From Candidatus Oxydemutatoraceae bacterium (GTDB lineage Bacteria; Pseudomonadota; Gammaproteobacteria; Poriferisulfidales; Oxydemutatoraceae): a DNA stretch of 64,000 bases. A model generated the notes under the pieces. That model was not told the origin of the DNA, did no database searches, and saw nothing but the letters and a program-made list of their open reading frames with translations. Positions 40,714-54,067 of this stretch are shown one piece after another; the stretch's first letter is position 1, and the number at the start of each line of letters is the position of its first letter. Location: contig CBDCOZ010000003.1 of NCBI GenBank assembly GCA_965220085.1, positions 1,248,001 through 1,312,000 on the forward strand. Direction: 5' to 3'. The position numbers and the translations under genes are program-made.

Positions 40714-42012
40714 TCATACAGCCTGCGCAGCGATCAGCGCTTCGGCGACGGTAATCATGGAACCGAACGACAACAACTTATCCCCCGCTTCCAGCTTGTC
40801 ATACGCCAGACGATACGCGCCAGCGACATCTTCGGCGGCAAATATCCGTTCCGCCGCCGCATATTCTGCGACTATCCGATACAGCTCCGCGGTCGCCAGC
40901 GCGTGCGGCGAGGCATTCTGCGTGACATACCAGTAATCGACGGTATCGCCGACGGTTTGCAGTATCGCGCGCACATCTTTGGTCGCAAAGATAGAAAAGA
41001 CGGCGTGCAACTTGCCGCCTGTCGGCAGGCGCGCAAGGTTCGCCGCCATGACCTCGACCCCCTTGGGGTTGTGGGCGATATCAAAGATACCGGTAAAGCT
41101 GCCGCCCGGCGCCGTTCCGCTTTCCACTTGAAAGCGCCCTTCCAACTTTACGTCACGCAAGCCGTTGCCAATCGCCTCACAGCCAAGCGGCAAACTGTCG
41201 CGCGAGCACATCAGAGCGGCGAGCGCGCAACTGGCATTGCCGAGTTGGGTATCGCCGAACAATGCCGGCCGCGGCAGGTCGTTCAGCTCCATGTCGCGAA
41301 AGCGAAAGTCCCAGCATCCGTTTCTCTTGCGATACGAAAAGTCTTCGCCTATGCGGCGCAACAAAACGCCTTTGTCGGCGAGCTCCGCGATGCTTGCCGG
41401 CGGGTTGGGATCGCCGCAGAGGCACACCCGGCCTTTGCGCGCAATGCCGGCTTTCTCCCTGCCGATCGATTGGCGGTCTTTGCCCAGCCACTCGACGTGT
41501 TCAATATCTATCGCGGTGATGATTGCGACATCGGCATCGACGATATTGACCGCATCCAGCCGGCCGCCCAAGCCGGTTTCCAGAATCACCGCATCGGGGC
41601 GACAATGGCGGAAATGATATAACGCGGCGAGCGTGCCGAACTCAAAGAAACTCAAACTGGTGCGCCCGCGGCGCGCTTCGACCTCGGCAAATATTGCGCA
41701 CAGGTCGTCGTCGGTCACAGGTTCTCCGCAAACCTTGATACGCTCGTTGTACGAATGCAAGTGCGGCGAAGTGTAACTGGCGGTTTTGTATCCGCCCGCC
41801 CGCAAGATGGCATCCAGCATCGCCACCGTCGAGCCTTTGCCATTCGTTCCGGCCACGGTGATGACCGGGCACTCCAGCGGCAGTATCTTCATCGCGCGGG
41901 CGACTTGCGCGACCCGCTCAAGCCCCAACTCAATGGATTGCGAGTGGATGCTTGCCTGATACGCAAGCCACTCGGCAACAGTCCGCTTATCTGTCAATAC
42001 GGCGGCGCGCAT
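40714..42012 (-). CDS. folC: folylpolyglutamate synthase/dihydrofolate synthase
   Basis: VAGTNGKGS, TSPHL, ETGLGGRLDAVN, DIAHNP. Confidence 0.96.
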   Translation of the reverse strand: MRAAVLTDKRTVAEWLAYQASIHSQSIELGLERVAQVARAMKILPLECPVITVAGTNGKGSTVAMLDAILRAGGYKTASYTSPHLHSYNERIKVCGEPVTDDDLCAIFAEVEARRGRTSLSFFEFGTLAALYHFRHCRPDAVILETGLGGRLDAVNIVDADVAIITAIDIEHVEWLGKDRQSIGREKAGIARKGRVCLCGDPNPPASIAELADKGVLLRRIGEDFSYRKRNGCWDFRFRDMELNDLPRPALFGDTQLGNASCALAALMCSRDSLPLGCEAIGNGLRDVKLEGRFQVESGTAPGGSFTGIFDIAHNPKGVEVMAANLARLPTGGKLHAVFSIFATKDVRAILQTVGDTVDYWYVTQNASPHALATAELYRIVAEYAAAERIFAAEDVAGAYRLAYDKLEAGDKLLSFGSMITVAEALIAAQAV

Positions 42013-42857
42013 TATCGGCTCTTTAATAACGAGAGAATGTTGGCCACTTTGTCGCGCATATCTTTGCGCGCGACGATCATATCCACCGCGCCGTGCTTAA
42101 ACAGAAACTCGCTGCGCTGAAAATCCTCCGGCAGTTCGCCGCCGACAGTCTGCCGGATGACTCTCGGCCCGGCAAACCCCACCAGCGCTCCGGGTTCGCA
42201 GATGATCACATCGCCCAGCATCGCAAGGCTCGCCGAGACGCCCCCCATCGTCGGGTTGGTCAGGATGGAAACGAACGGCAAGCGATGTTTTGCCATCTGT
42301 GCCAGCGCGGCGCTCGTCTTTGACATTTGCAACAAGGACGTCAGACCTTCCTGCATCCGCGCGCCACCGCTGGCGGAAAAACATACCAACGGCAACTGCT
42401 TCTCAAGGCAATGTCGTGTCGCGAGCAAGAAGCGTTCGCCGACGACCGAGCCCATGGAGCCGCCGATGAAGCCGAACTCAAAAGCGCAGACCGCCAGCGG
42501 TCGCTCTTTGAGCCGCCCTTCGATCACGACCAAGGCGTCGTTCTCGCCGGTCTTCTTTTGCGCTCCGCTCAATCGGTCTTTGTAGCGGGACTTGTCTTTG
42601 AATTGCAAAAAATCTGTCGGCGCTATATCGGCGCCCACTTCCGATTGCATGCCGGGATCAAGAAACACCTCCAGCCGTTTGCGCGCCGACATGGACATGT
42701 GGCAGCCGCACTGCGCGCACACTTCCAGGTTGCTCTCCAAGTCGGGACGATACAAGACCGCCAAACAAGACGGGCACTTCTTCCACAAACCTTCGGGGAC
42801 ACGGCGGTTGGTAACCTTGCGGATGCGCGACGGGATCAGGCGTTCGTACCAACTCAT
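42012..42857 (-). CDS. accD: acetyl-CoA carboxylase carboxyltransferase beta
   Basis: [10 protein letters not shown] zinc finger, [19 protein letters not shown]. Confidence 0.97.
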   Translation of the reverse strand: MSWYERLIPSRIRKVTNRRVPEGLWKKCPSCLAVLYRPDLESNLEVCAQCGCHMSMSARKRLEVFLDPGMQSEVGADIAPTDFLQFKDKSRYKDRLSGAQKKTGENDALVVIEGRLKERPLAVCAFEFGFIGGSMGSVVGERFLLATRHCLEKQLPLVCFSASGGARMQEGLTSLLQMSKTSAALAQMAKHRLPFVSILTNPTMGGVSASLAMLGDVIICEPGALVGFAGPRVIRQTVGGELPEDFQRSEFLFKHGAVDMIVARKDMRDKVANILSLLKSR

Positions 42858-43696
42858 TGCGCGCCTCCTCCGACGGCTCGCGCGCCGCCCGCCGCATCCA
42901 TGGCGCGGCGCAAGCCGCCGATAAAATCGCTCACGGCGTCCTTGCACGCCGCGATATCATCCGCGTGTTGCTCGATGATTTGTACCAAAGCGCTGCCGAC
43001 AATAACCGCATCCGCAATGTCGGCAACCGCAGCCGCCGTGGCGGCATCGCGGATACCAAAACCGACGCCGACCGGCAGCGTCGTTTTGCGTTTAATCGTC
43101 GCAACATGTGCGGCCATTTCGTCGAGATTCAGGCGCGCAGAACCGGTCACCCCCTTTAACGAGATGCAATAGACAAAGCCTTGGGCGAGAGCGGCAATCG
43201 CTTCCATACGCTCGCTGACAGTCGTCAAAGAAAGCAGAAAAATCATAGTGATACCGTGTTTTCTTAATTCGTCCATTAGGTCCCGGGCCTCTTCGGGCGG
43301 CAGGTCGACGACGAGCACGCCGTCGACGCCGGCCTGCGCCGCCGCCTCGGCAAACGCGCCCCCGCCCATGCGTTCGATCGGATTCAAATACGTCATCAGG
43401 ACGATCGGCACATCGTCGTCGTCGCGTCTGAAGGTCGCCGCCGCCGTCAGCACATCGCGCAAATTCGTATGCCGCGCCAGCGCGTGTTCGCCGGCCTGCT
43501 GTATCGCAGGCCCGTCCGCCATCGGGTCGGAAAACGGCGCCCCGAGTTCGATCAAATCGGCGCCCGCTGCTTTCAAGGCGCGCATCAGATCCACCGTCGC
43601 CTCCAGCGACGGAGCGCCCGCCATCAGATAGGGAATCAGCGCGCTGCGCCCGGCGGCGGCGGTCTTCTCAAAACATTTTGTAATCCGCATCGTCAC
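42854..43696 (-). CDS. trpA: tryptophan synthase alpha
   Basis: [26 protein letters not shown]. Confidence 0.97.
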   Translation of the reverse strand: MTMRITKCFEKTAAAGRSALIPYLMAGAPSLEATVDLMRALKAAGADLIELGAPFSDPMADGPAIQQAGEHALARHTNLRDVLTAAATFRRDDDDVPIVLMTYLNPIERMGGGAFAEAAAQAGVDGVLVVDLPPEEARDLMDELRKHGITMIFLLSLTTVSERMEAIAALAQGFVYCISLKGVTGSARLNLDEMAAHVATIKRKTTLPVGVGFGIRDAATAAAVADIADAVIVGSALVQIIEQHADDIAACKDAVSDFIGGLRRAMDAAGGARAVGGGAQ

Positions 43697-44889
43697 AGCG
43701 CCGCCTCGGCATATTCGGCGACCACATGGACATCTTTATCGCCGCGTCCGGAGAGATTGACAATCACCCCGTCGGCGGGTGTCATCGTCGTCGCCAATTC
43801 GGCGGCGTAAGCCAGAGCGTGACTGGTCTCAAGCGCCGGGATGATGCCTTCGCAGGCTGTCAATTCCTTGAACGCCCGCAGCGCTTGCGCATCGTCGACG
43901 CTGACATACTCGGCGCGCCCGCTGTCCTTCAGCCACGCGTGTTCCGGCCCGACCCCGGGATAATCGAGCCCGGCCGAAATAGAATGCGTCGGCTGTATCT
44001 GCCCGTGTTCGTCCTGCACCAAATACGTACGGTTGCCGTGCAACACGCCGGGGTAACCCCTTGCCAGCGGCGCCGAATGCTTGCCGCTGTCAAGCCCTTT
44101 GCCGGCCGCTTCCACACCGCAGAGCCGCACCTCTTTGTCATCCAGAAAAGGATAGAACAAACCGATCGCATTGGAACCGCCGCCGACGCAAGCGACCAGA
44201 GCTTGCGGCAACGCGCCGCGCATTTCCATAATCTGTTCGCGCGCCTCGCGCCCGATGACAGACTGATAATCCCGCACCATCTCCGGATACGGGTGCGGCC
44301 CGGCAACGGTGCCGAGAATGTAAAAAGTGTCATCGACATGGGCGACCCAATCGCGCATCGCTTCGTTGAGGGCGTCCTTCAAAGTGCGCGAGCCGCTTGT
44401 AACCTCCGCGACTTCGGCGCCGAGCAGATGCATCTTATAGACATTGAGAGCCTGACGCTTGGCATCTTCGCTGCCCATATAGATGACGCATTCAAGCCCG
44501 AGCCTGGCGGCGACCGTTGCGGTGGCGACCCCGTGTTGCCCCGCCCCGGTCTCCGCAATGATCCGCGTTTTGCCCATGCGCTTGGCCAGCAAACTCTGCC
44601 CCAGCGCGCTGTTGATCTTGTGCGCGCCAGTGTGATTCAAATCCTCGCGCTTGAGATACAACTGCGCCCCGCCGTGTTCTTCGCTCCAGCGGCGGGCGTG
44701 GTACAAGGGGCTCGGGCGCCCGACATAGTGGCGCAACTCGCGCTCAAACTCGGCGACAAACTCGGCATCGGCGCGGTACGCACGATACGCTTGGTCCAAC
44801 TCATCCAGCGGTTGCATCAATGTCTCGGCGACAAACCTGCCGCCGTATTTGCCAAAATGGCCGCGGCTGTCCGGCAAAGCGTGTGTCAT
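43693..44889 (-). CDS. trpB: tryptophan synthase beta
   Basis: [30 protein letters not shown]. Confidence 0.98.
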   Translation of the reverse strand: MTHALPDSRGHFGKYGGRFVAETLMQPLDELDQAYRAYRADAEFVAEFERELRHYVGRPSPLYHARRWSEEHGGAQLYLKREDLNHTGAHKINSALGQSLLAKRMGKTRIIAETGAGQHGVATATVAARLGLECVIYMGSEDAKRQALNVYKMHLLGAEVAEVTSGSRTLKDALNEAMRDWVAHVDDTFYILGTVAGPHPYPEMVRDYQSVIGREAREQIMEMRGALPQALVACVGGGSNAIGLFYPFLDDKEVRLCGVEAAGKGLDSGKHSAPLARGYPGVLHGNRTYLVQDEHGQIQPTHSISAGLDYPGVGPEHAWLKDSGRAEYVSVDDAQALRAFKELTACEGIIPALETSHALAYAAELATTMTPADGVIVNLSGRGDKDVHVVAEYAEAAL

Positions 44890-45538
44890 CTGTTCTCCAC
44901 CTCCGCGATGATGCCATCGGCGGTCTGCACCGCCGCCATAAAGTCGTCCATCAGACGCCGGTCTTTGATACCCTTTGCCGACTCCACGCCGCTGCTGACA
45001 TCCACCGCATACGGTCTGAGTTGCTCGATCGCAACGCCGACATTATCCGCCTGCAAGCCGCCGGCGACGATTATCGGCGCCCGCGTATCCTGCGGCAGTT
45101 GCGCCCAATCAAAGGTCTCGCCGCTGCCGCCCATTGTCTGCGGGTCGTACGAATCAAACAGCAACGCGTTTGCGGAATCGCCGAACATGTCAATCAGGCC
45201 CGCCGTATCTGCGGTCGCATCGCCCATCGGGATCGCTTTGATATACGCGCGGTCAAACGAAGCGCAAAACGGCAGCGATTCCTCGCCATGAAACTGAAGG
45301 TAATCAATCGTGAGTTCATCGAGCACATCTTCTACTTCGTCCGCCGACGGGTTGCGGAACAACGCGACGATGCTGACCAGCGGCGAGCACGCGTCTATCA
45401 ATTCCTGCGCTTGCGGCAACGCAACAGTGCGCGGGCTGCTCGGGCAAAACACCAAACCGATCGCATCGACCCCCGCTTCGCATGCCAGCGCCACATCGGT
45501 CGGCCGCGTCATGCCGCAGACTTTGACCCGCGTACGCA

Positions 45539-45539
<1 letters not shown>
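44886..45539 (-). CDS. trpF: phosphoribosylanthranilate isomerase
   Basis: [27 protein letters not shown]. Confidence 0.97.
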
Positions 45540-48142
<2,603 letters not shown>

Positions 48143-48405
48143 ACCGGGTAAATGTCTAATCGATAAAAGGCCATTTTAACAAACTTATGACCTCGTACTA
48201 ACTATTAACTTTCTTTGCGGCGACTATCACCCTCCCCTCGGCAAGGGGTCAAGCGGGCTTTGCTCTGCCGGTAAGGGGGAATATTCCGTATGTATAATGC
48301 AGGTATGGCAGGCGACGCAAGCCCCTTTGCCGGTAAGGGAGTTGTAATAAAATCTTCCGTATGTATAATATGGGCTTCTGCAAAATTTTAATAGAGGTTT
48401 GCGAT

Positions 48406-49179
48406 ATGATTTATAACATGACTCCTAACTCTTTCGTTTGTGTGCGCACGATTCAAACTTTCTGCGGAAAGTTAAAGACCTTCGCCGCGTCTTTTAACGC
48501 CACACAACGCCGCGCAGGTGCCTTAACGCAAGTTTCTAATACCCCCCCCCCCCCCCCCCCCCCCCCCTATCCCACTCTCTCTTTAATATTTAGCAAGGTT
48601 TTCGCGGCGATGATTGTCGCTGCATCCGTTTGCTTTGCGAACAACGCACAGGCACAATCCTGTGCGGCGGACGAATTCCGTGACGGAAACGAGTGCGTGA
48701 AAACTTGTCCGACGGGAAAAGTGACGTCGGAGCGCAGATGCGTGACGCCGAAAGAAAAATGCACGGAGATGGGTTGGGAAGCCGTTGATTTCAACAACAG
48801 TTGCGTGGTGGGTGTTTGGAACGTCGAAGGCCGCGACACCGATGCCGGATGCGCCTATGTCTCTGGCGGCCAATGCTACGATGCCTTCGGCCCCAACTTG
48901 GAGTTTCCGCAAAGGCCGGCAGACGGAAGCTCCCCGCGTTATCTTTACAACTGTGACCCGGACGGAACGCGCGGTTTGATTCCGGCAACCATCAACACTA
49001 TCGGCTTAACCGAGAGTCGGGAATGCGAATGCGCGCTTTCATCACATACCCGACAAGGTGCTTTTAGCATTGCTGATGATGTCACCGTTGACGGATACTC
49101 TCCCCTCGTCGGCGGCCAATGCGTCTTTCTGGGATTACGGATGCGCCTGCGTCTCTTCCTGGAAGGGCCGTTGCGGTAG
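48406..49179 (+). CDS. Cys-rich secreted protein, LEGPLR-tail family; C26 tract in frame
   Basis: GAGG-n8-ATG at 48406, conserved leader, poly-Pro, signal ending NNAQAQ, CPTGK furin-like Cys repeat, LRMRLRLFLEGPLR. Confidence 0.85.
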   Translation: MIYNMTPNSFVCVRTIQTFCGKLKTFAASFNATQRRAGALTQVSNTPPPPPPPPYPTLSLIFSKVFAAMIVAASVCFANNAQAQSCAADEFRDGNECVKTCPTGKVTSERRCVTPKEKCTEMGWEAVDFNNSCVVGVWNVEGRDTDAGCAYVSGGQCYDAFGPNLEFPQRPADGSSPRYLYNCDPDGTRGLIPATINTIGLTESRECECALSSHTRQGAFSIADDVTVDGYSPLVGGQCVFLGLRMRLRLFLEGPLR

Positions 49180-49576
49180 CCATCAGCCCATGCCCGAATA
49201 CTCTCTGCTCGCACGGTCTGTTTGCAAGTAAGCGGCGACCTCGCCGCACACGAACTGCGCTGGGACGCGCCGGTCACATCGCACCGGTGCCTGATACTCC
49301 TCCCCTTTGCAGGGGGTCGGCGAGCTTTGCGACGTCGGCGAGGGAGAGCAAAATCTTCCGTATATATAGTGTAGGTATGGCAGGCGACGCAAGCCCCGCC
49401 GGCAAGGGGTTGCAATAAAATCTTCCGTATGTATAATGTCGGTCTCATGCGAGACATTCTGCATATATGATGTAGGCTCTGACATATTTTATATGTATAA
49501 TGTGCTCCCATGCGGGACTTTAAATGTACACAAATAACACTCCGTTATTTGTGGATTGTTAATGGAGGTCTGTGAT

Positions 49577-49768
49577 ATGATTTGCAACATGACTCGGAAT
49601 TCTTTTATTTGCGCGGGCGCGATTCAAACCTTCTGCGGAGGGTTGAAACCCCTCGTCGCATCTTTTAACGCCGCACAGTGCCATACAGGCGCCTTAACAC
49701 CCGTTTATATTACCCCCTCCCCCCCCCCCCCCCCCCCCCCCCCCTGTCCACTCTCTCTCAATGTTTAA
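49577..49768 (+). other. Conserved leader ORF of the next gene, out of frame at the poly-C tract (C5-T-C26, 49713-49744)
   Basis: GGAGG SD; MICNMTRNSFICAGAIQTFC...GALTPVYIT homologous to the N-terminus of the 48406 gene; loss of one C fuses it to 49761. Confidence 0.75.
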
Positions 49769-51860
49769 CAAGGTTTTTGCGGCGATGGCGGTTGCCGCAG
49801 CCGCTCTCTTTGCGGATGTCGCCAGCGCACAGACCGCACCTTCCCACGCCCCTGTCATCACCCGACCCGTCATCGCCGACTTTACCGCCGAAACCTTCAC
49901 CTTCTTCTGGGGACCCCCGGCACAAAATACCGGCGCCCCCATCACCGGATACCGCATCTTCCGCGAGCAAACCGCCGGAAAACAGCCCACCGCGCACCCT
50001 ACCGTCTGCGACTCCGCTAACTTCTCTGTCTCCTTGGAAAATCACGCCTTCACCCTCTCCGATCAAAGCGAGTGGTTCCGGCACACCGCCCACCCCCTCG
50101 GAAACCCTCCGACCGTCGCCGTCGGTTCCACACACGGAAATTGTTACCGATGGAAAATTGCCGCCGTCAACGAACACGGAACCGGACCCGCCGCAACCAC
50201 CGCGCCCATTCTTGCGCGCGGATTCGTAGTGACAGTGGACGGGAAAAAAATCGTGCGCGCCTACGACACCACCAGAACCGCAGGCAACGCGAGAGTGCCG
50301 TGCGCCGACGGAGAATACGGTGTCTACGGCTACAAGGGCAACTGGGGCGTCGGGTGCGCCCCTCCGGAAAAATTGGGACAAGCGGAGACCTGCCATGCGC
50401 TGCGAGACCGCAACCCTTCCCTCGCCTCCGCCCATCGCGGGACTTTCTGCGGCATAGAAGACCTCCCCGCCAGCAGCACGATATGCTCAGACTTGGAATT
50501 TACCGACTTGGGAGAGGTGCCTTTTTGGAAGATGGGCGTGTTGGGAACTTTGGAACGCTGCCAGATTGACAACCCCTGCGGCGGAACCTTTTCCGAATAC
50601 AACACAGACTACCGCGAATGCCTCTGCACAGGATGGGCGACGCCCAAAGCCTCTGGCAGCGGATGCGAATGCAACACCGCCGGCGCGGACAGCAACTGCG
50701 AATGTCCCGGCATCGTTGGAAGGATATACTTGGCCGAAAGCAACGCTTGCGGATGTGCGACCGGAGAGGAAGTCGTTTCCGAACTCGGCGCTTGCTACGC
50801 CGTTTGCGAGGAAGGGGAAACGCGATTCACGAATACGGATCTTGGCACCACCGCCTGCATGACCCCCGACTCTATTTGCGCCACGCAGGGCTGGGCTTAC
50901 GACTCCGCAACCGGCAAATGCCAAGTCCCTGTCACTTCCGCCGGAACCGACTATGACGGATGTTTTGTTTCCGGCGCAAGCGCTCCTCAGTGCGACGATG
51001 TCTTCGGCGAATCCTTTGCCTTCCCCGCGTCTTCCACAGTGGTGTGGACCCTTTACAACGCCTTTGACTCCCGAGCCTCCAACACCAATCCTGCCGTCGC
51101 CACCGCCATGGGCCTTTACCGCGACGCCGTCGTCGCGCGGCACAACGGCGACCCGGACTATCTCTCCGGCCCCATCGGCAATCTCGGCGACCACGGCTCG
51201 GTCACAAACCGATTCATCGCCCAACACACGCAAGACGCTTTCGCCGCCGCCGGCATCACTTTTGACGAGGGTGCTAATAACCTTGCGAATGAAATCAGAG
51301 CCGCCTTTTCACAAATCCCCATCCCCACTCCTTTCGTTTTCAACTGCGGCGAAGGCGCAACCCCCGCAACCGCAAACACCATCGGCGCCACCCAATGCCA
51401 ATGCGGCGGCGCGAAGCCGGTACTTTCCGGCGGCGTTTGTGTTGCGCAATGTCCGCAGGGGGAGCTGGCGGACGCGGGCGTTTGCCGAACCTCCTGCTCG
51501 ACGGGGAGTTTTCCGCTGGACGGGGCCTGCGTTTCGCCGGCGGAAAAATGCGAAGGAAGAGGATGGAGCGCAAGCACGGAAAGCGGAGTATACGGGTGTG
51601 CGATCAACTTTCGCGATGCGGCGGATGCGGCGGGCGCGCAAGGCAGTCATTGCGGCTTTGCGCTCTGCGATGATTATTTTGGTCCTGATTTGGAGTTTCC
51701 GCAACGGCCGGCGGACGGCAGCAATCCGGTTTATATTTACAACTGCGATCCGGACGGAACCACCGGGCTGGTTCCCGTCTTCGCCGACGGTTCCACGGAA
51801 TGCAGGCGCCGAAGCCTGCTCCTGCGCTTGCGCCTCTTCCTGGAAGGCCCGTTGCGGTAG
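49761..51860 (+). CDS. Fn3 + Cys-rich secreted protein, LEGPLR-tail family (leader frameshifted)
   Basis: Signal FNKVFAAM..ASAQ; Fn3-like WGPPAQNTGAPITGYRI...AAVNEHGTGP; many Cys repeats; LRLRLFLEGPLR. Confidence 0.87.
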   Translation: MFNKVFAAMAVAAAALFADVASAQTAPSHAPVITRPVIADFTAETFTFFWGPPAQNTGAPITGYRIFREQTAGKQPTAHPTVCDSANFSVSLENHAFTLSDQSEWFRHTAHPLGNPPTVAVGSTHGNCYRWKIAAVNEHGTGPAATTAPILARGFVVTVDGKKIVRAYDTTRTAGNARVPCADGEYGVYGYKGNWGVGCAPPEKLGQAETCHALRDRNPSLASAHRGTFCGIEDLPASSTICSDLEFTDLGEVPFWKMGVLGTLERCQIDNPCGGTFSEYNTDYRECLCTGWATPKASGSGCECNTAGADSNCECPGIVGRIYLAESNACGCATGEEVVSELGACYAVCEEGETRFTNTDLGTTACMTPDSICATQGWAYDSATGKCQVPVTSAGTDYDGCFVSGASAPQCDDVFGESFAFPASSTVVWTLYNAFDSRASNTNPAVATAMGLYRDAVVARHNGDPDYLSGPIGNLGDHGSVTNRFIAQHTQDAFAAAGITFDEGANNLANEIRAAFSQIPIPTPFVFNCGEGATPATANTIGATQCQCGGAKPVLSGGVCVAQCPQGELADAGVCRTSCSTGSFPLDGACVSPAEKCEGRGWSASTESGVYGCAINFRDAADAAGAQGSHCGFALCDDYFGPDLEFPQRPADGSNPVYIYNCDPDGTTGLVPVFADGSTECRRRSLLLRLRLFLEGPLR

Positions 51861-52149
51861 CATCAACCCGCGCGGCGAATGCTCTCGCGCAATCTGTTTG
51901 CAAGCGAGCGGCGAGATCGCCGTACGCGAACTGCGCTGGGACGCGCCGGCCGCATCGCACCGGAGCCCGTTGCGGTAGCCGCCAACCCATGCCCGAATAC
52001 TCTCGCACAGCCTATATACTCCTCCCCTTTGCAGGGGGTCGGCGAGCTTTGCGACGTCGGCGAGGAGGAGCGAATCATGCCGGAAACATTCCGGCATAGC
52101 AATGGAGCCGGGACGACAAGGACATGCTCGCTCCCATCGCAATGCCGGA

Positions 52150-52334
52150 CACTCATTCCGTGATTTCGCGCCCCGACAGGAGCATGCGAGCAACGCCTTG
52201 CAGATCTGCGCATGCTTCGCCGATGGCCATGGCAACGCAGAGCGCAGTTGCGCCGCTATGCCGGTTGTCAGGCCCGCCGTGCGGGGTACCTGCGCTTGCA
52301 GCTGCGCCTCTTCCTTGAATGGCCGTTGCGATAG
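52150..52334 (+). pseudogene. Decayed LEGPLR-family 3' remnant
   Basis: 52290-52334 reads LRLQLRLFLEWPLR*; upstream Cys-containing text is in another frame. Confidence 0.65.
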
Positions 52335-52386
52335 TGCGAACAATCCCCTCGCGGCAGAGTCGGCGCAAACAAGATACGGCACAGGC

Positions 52387-52857
52387 CTAAACGGAGAGCG
52401 CAACAAATATAGCTAGCGTCGTAACAATAAGAGCCGCTAACCCAAGGGAGACCATCACGAACAGATTTGTGATTTTGGCTATTTGCTCATCTATGTGTTT
52501 TTGGGTTTTTGCCCCGGACTCGGCTATCATCACTTTCAACTCAGCTACTGCTACTTGCAACTTAGTTACTACTGCTTTCATCTCATCTGTGTCTTTTTGG
52601 GCTTCCGACCTATGCTTGGCAAATTCCGCTCTGATCACTGACTCAAACTCGGCAATTTTTTCTCTAATCTCTGATTCAAACTCGGCAAATTCGCCTTTCG
52701 TTGCCAGAGCGCTCAGGTATTTGTGCAACAGCGCGGATAGCTCGCTGGCAATCGCGCGCGCTTTCTCTTTGTCAAAGCCTGCGTCGGTCAAGTTCTCGAC
52801 GGAGCCATAAGCAGCAACCGCTGCATCTTCCGCTTTTAAGTCTTTTGGTTTCTTCAT
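52387..52857 (-). CDS. CCDC90/DUF1640-like coiled-coil protein with C-terminal TM helix
   Basis: LTDAGFDKEKARAI, LATKGEF, heptad repeats, hydrophobic C-terminus; GGAGGG SD. Confidence 0.75.
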   Translation of the reverse strand: MKKPKDLKAEDAAVAAYGSVENLTDAGFDKEKARAIASELSALLHKYLSALATKGEFAEFESEIREKIAEFESVIRAEFAKHRSEAQKDTDEMKAVVTKLQVAVAELKVMIAESGAKTQKHIDEQIAKITNLFVMVSLGLAALIVTTLAIFVALSV

Positions 52858-53177
52858 GATTATTCCCTCCGGGTTGTAATAATAATACTAATTAAGAGGT
52901 TATGGTCAACAACCTTCGTGCCGGATAATAGCGCTCATTTGGGCGGCCATGCTCAACTCATAGACAGGCGGTTTCAATTGTCTGACGAACGGTCTGTTAC
53001 ATCGATTCCCGGCGTGATTTTTCCGCACAAAGAAGCGTTCAAAAAACGTTTTGTGCGAGCGCTGTCATGATGCTCCCATCGCAGGAGTCGCAGAGTCCGA
53101 GCACAAACGAAGGACGATGCGGTGTTCGTGCTTGCACTCACTACCGCAAAACTTTCTGCCGTACTCGTGAGGCGCGC

Positions 53178-53365
53178 ATGATGCCGGAAACATTTTAGAT
53201 TGCCGGCATCAACACAAGTTGTCATGAATGATGCCGGAAACATTTTAGATTGCCGACATCAACACAAGTCGTCATGAATGATGCCGGAAACATTTTGGAT
53301 TGCCGACATCAGCACAAGCCGTCATGAATGATGCCGGAAAGATTTTGGATTGCTGACATCAACAC
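53178..53365. repeat. 50-bp tandem repeat x4 with internal hairpin
   Basis: atgatgccggaaacatttt(a/g)gattgccg(g/a)catcaacacaag at 53178, 53228, 53278, 53328. Confidence 0.9.
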
Positions 53366-53394
53366 GGGTTGCTACAATATCACATCGGCCACGG

Positions 53395-53705
53395 CGCACC
53401 GACAACGGCTCAGAGCTCTGCGACACATTTGATCGCTACTCGCAACGAGGTATCCGCCGCTGCTACACGTATCCCAATGTCCGAAGATGAATACATTCAA
53501 TGAACACTTTCACCGGCGCTTCGGGAAAGGTTTGCGGGGTTTGAAGAGGGTTTGTTGCCGACCGACATGCGGACATTCAATGAGCGTCGGATAAAGTATC
53601 TGCTATGGTTTAATATACCTAACGGTCACACTATGGACTGGAACTTCAAGCGCCTACGACACCCATAATATTTGCCCAAAGTTTCCAATATGTCATGGCA
53701 TCATA
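53395..53705 (+). pseudogene. Degraded IS481-like DDE transposase fragment
   Basis: TDNGSE, Y..CPKMN..NE, KYLLWFN motifs across frameshifts; homologous to 12195-12430. Confidence 0.65.
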
Positions 53706-53890
53706 CTGGCATCATACAGGGGGTTGTAATAAAATTTTCCGTATGTATAATGTCGGTCTCATGCGAGGCATTCTGCGTATATAATGTAGGCTCTGACATA
53801 TTTTATATGTATAATGTGCTCCCATGCGGGACTTTAAATGTACACAAATAACACTCCGTTATTTGTGGATTGTTAATAGAGGTTTGTGAT

Positions 53891-54067
53891 ATGATTTATA
53901 ACATGACTCCTAATTCTTTCGTTTGCGTACGCACGATTCAAACCTTCTGTGCAAGGTTCAAAACCTGCGCTGCGTTCTTTAAGGCCGCACAATACCGCGC
54001 AGGCGCATTGATGCTTGTTTATAATACCCCCCCCCCCCCCCATGTCCCCTCGCCTCTCAATGTTTAA
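53891..54067 (+). other. Conserved leader ORF, out of frame at C15 (54027-54041)
   Basis: GAGG SD; MIYNMTPNSFVCVRTIQTFC identical to the 48406 N-terminus; loss of one C fuses it to the downstream ORF. Confidence 0.75.
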
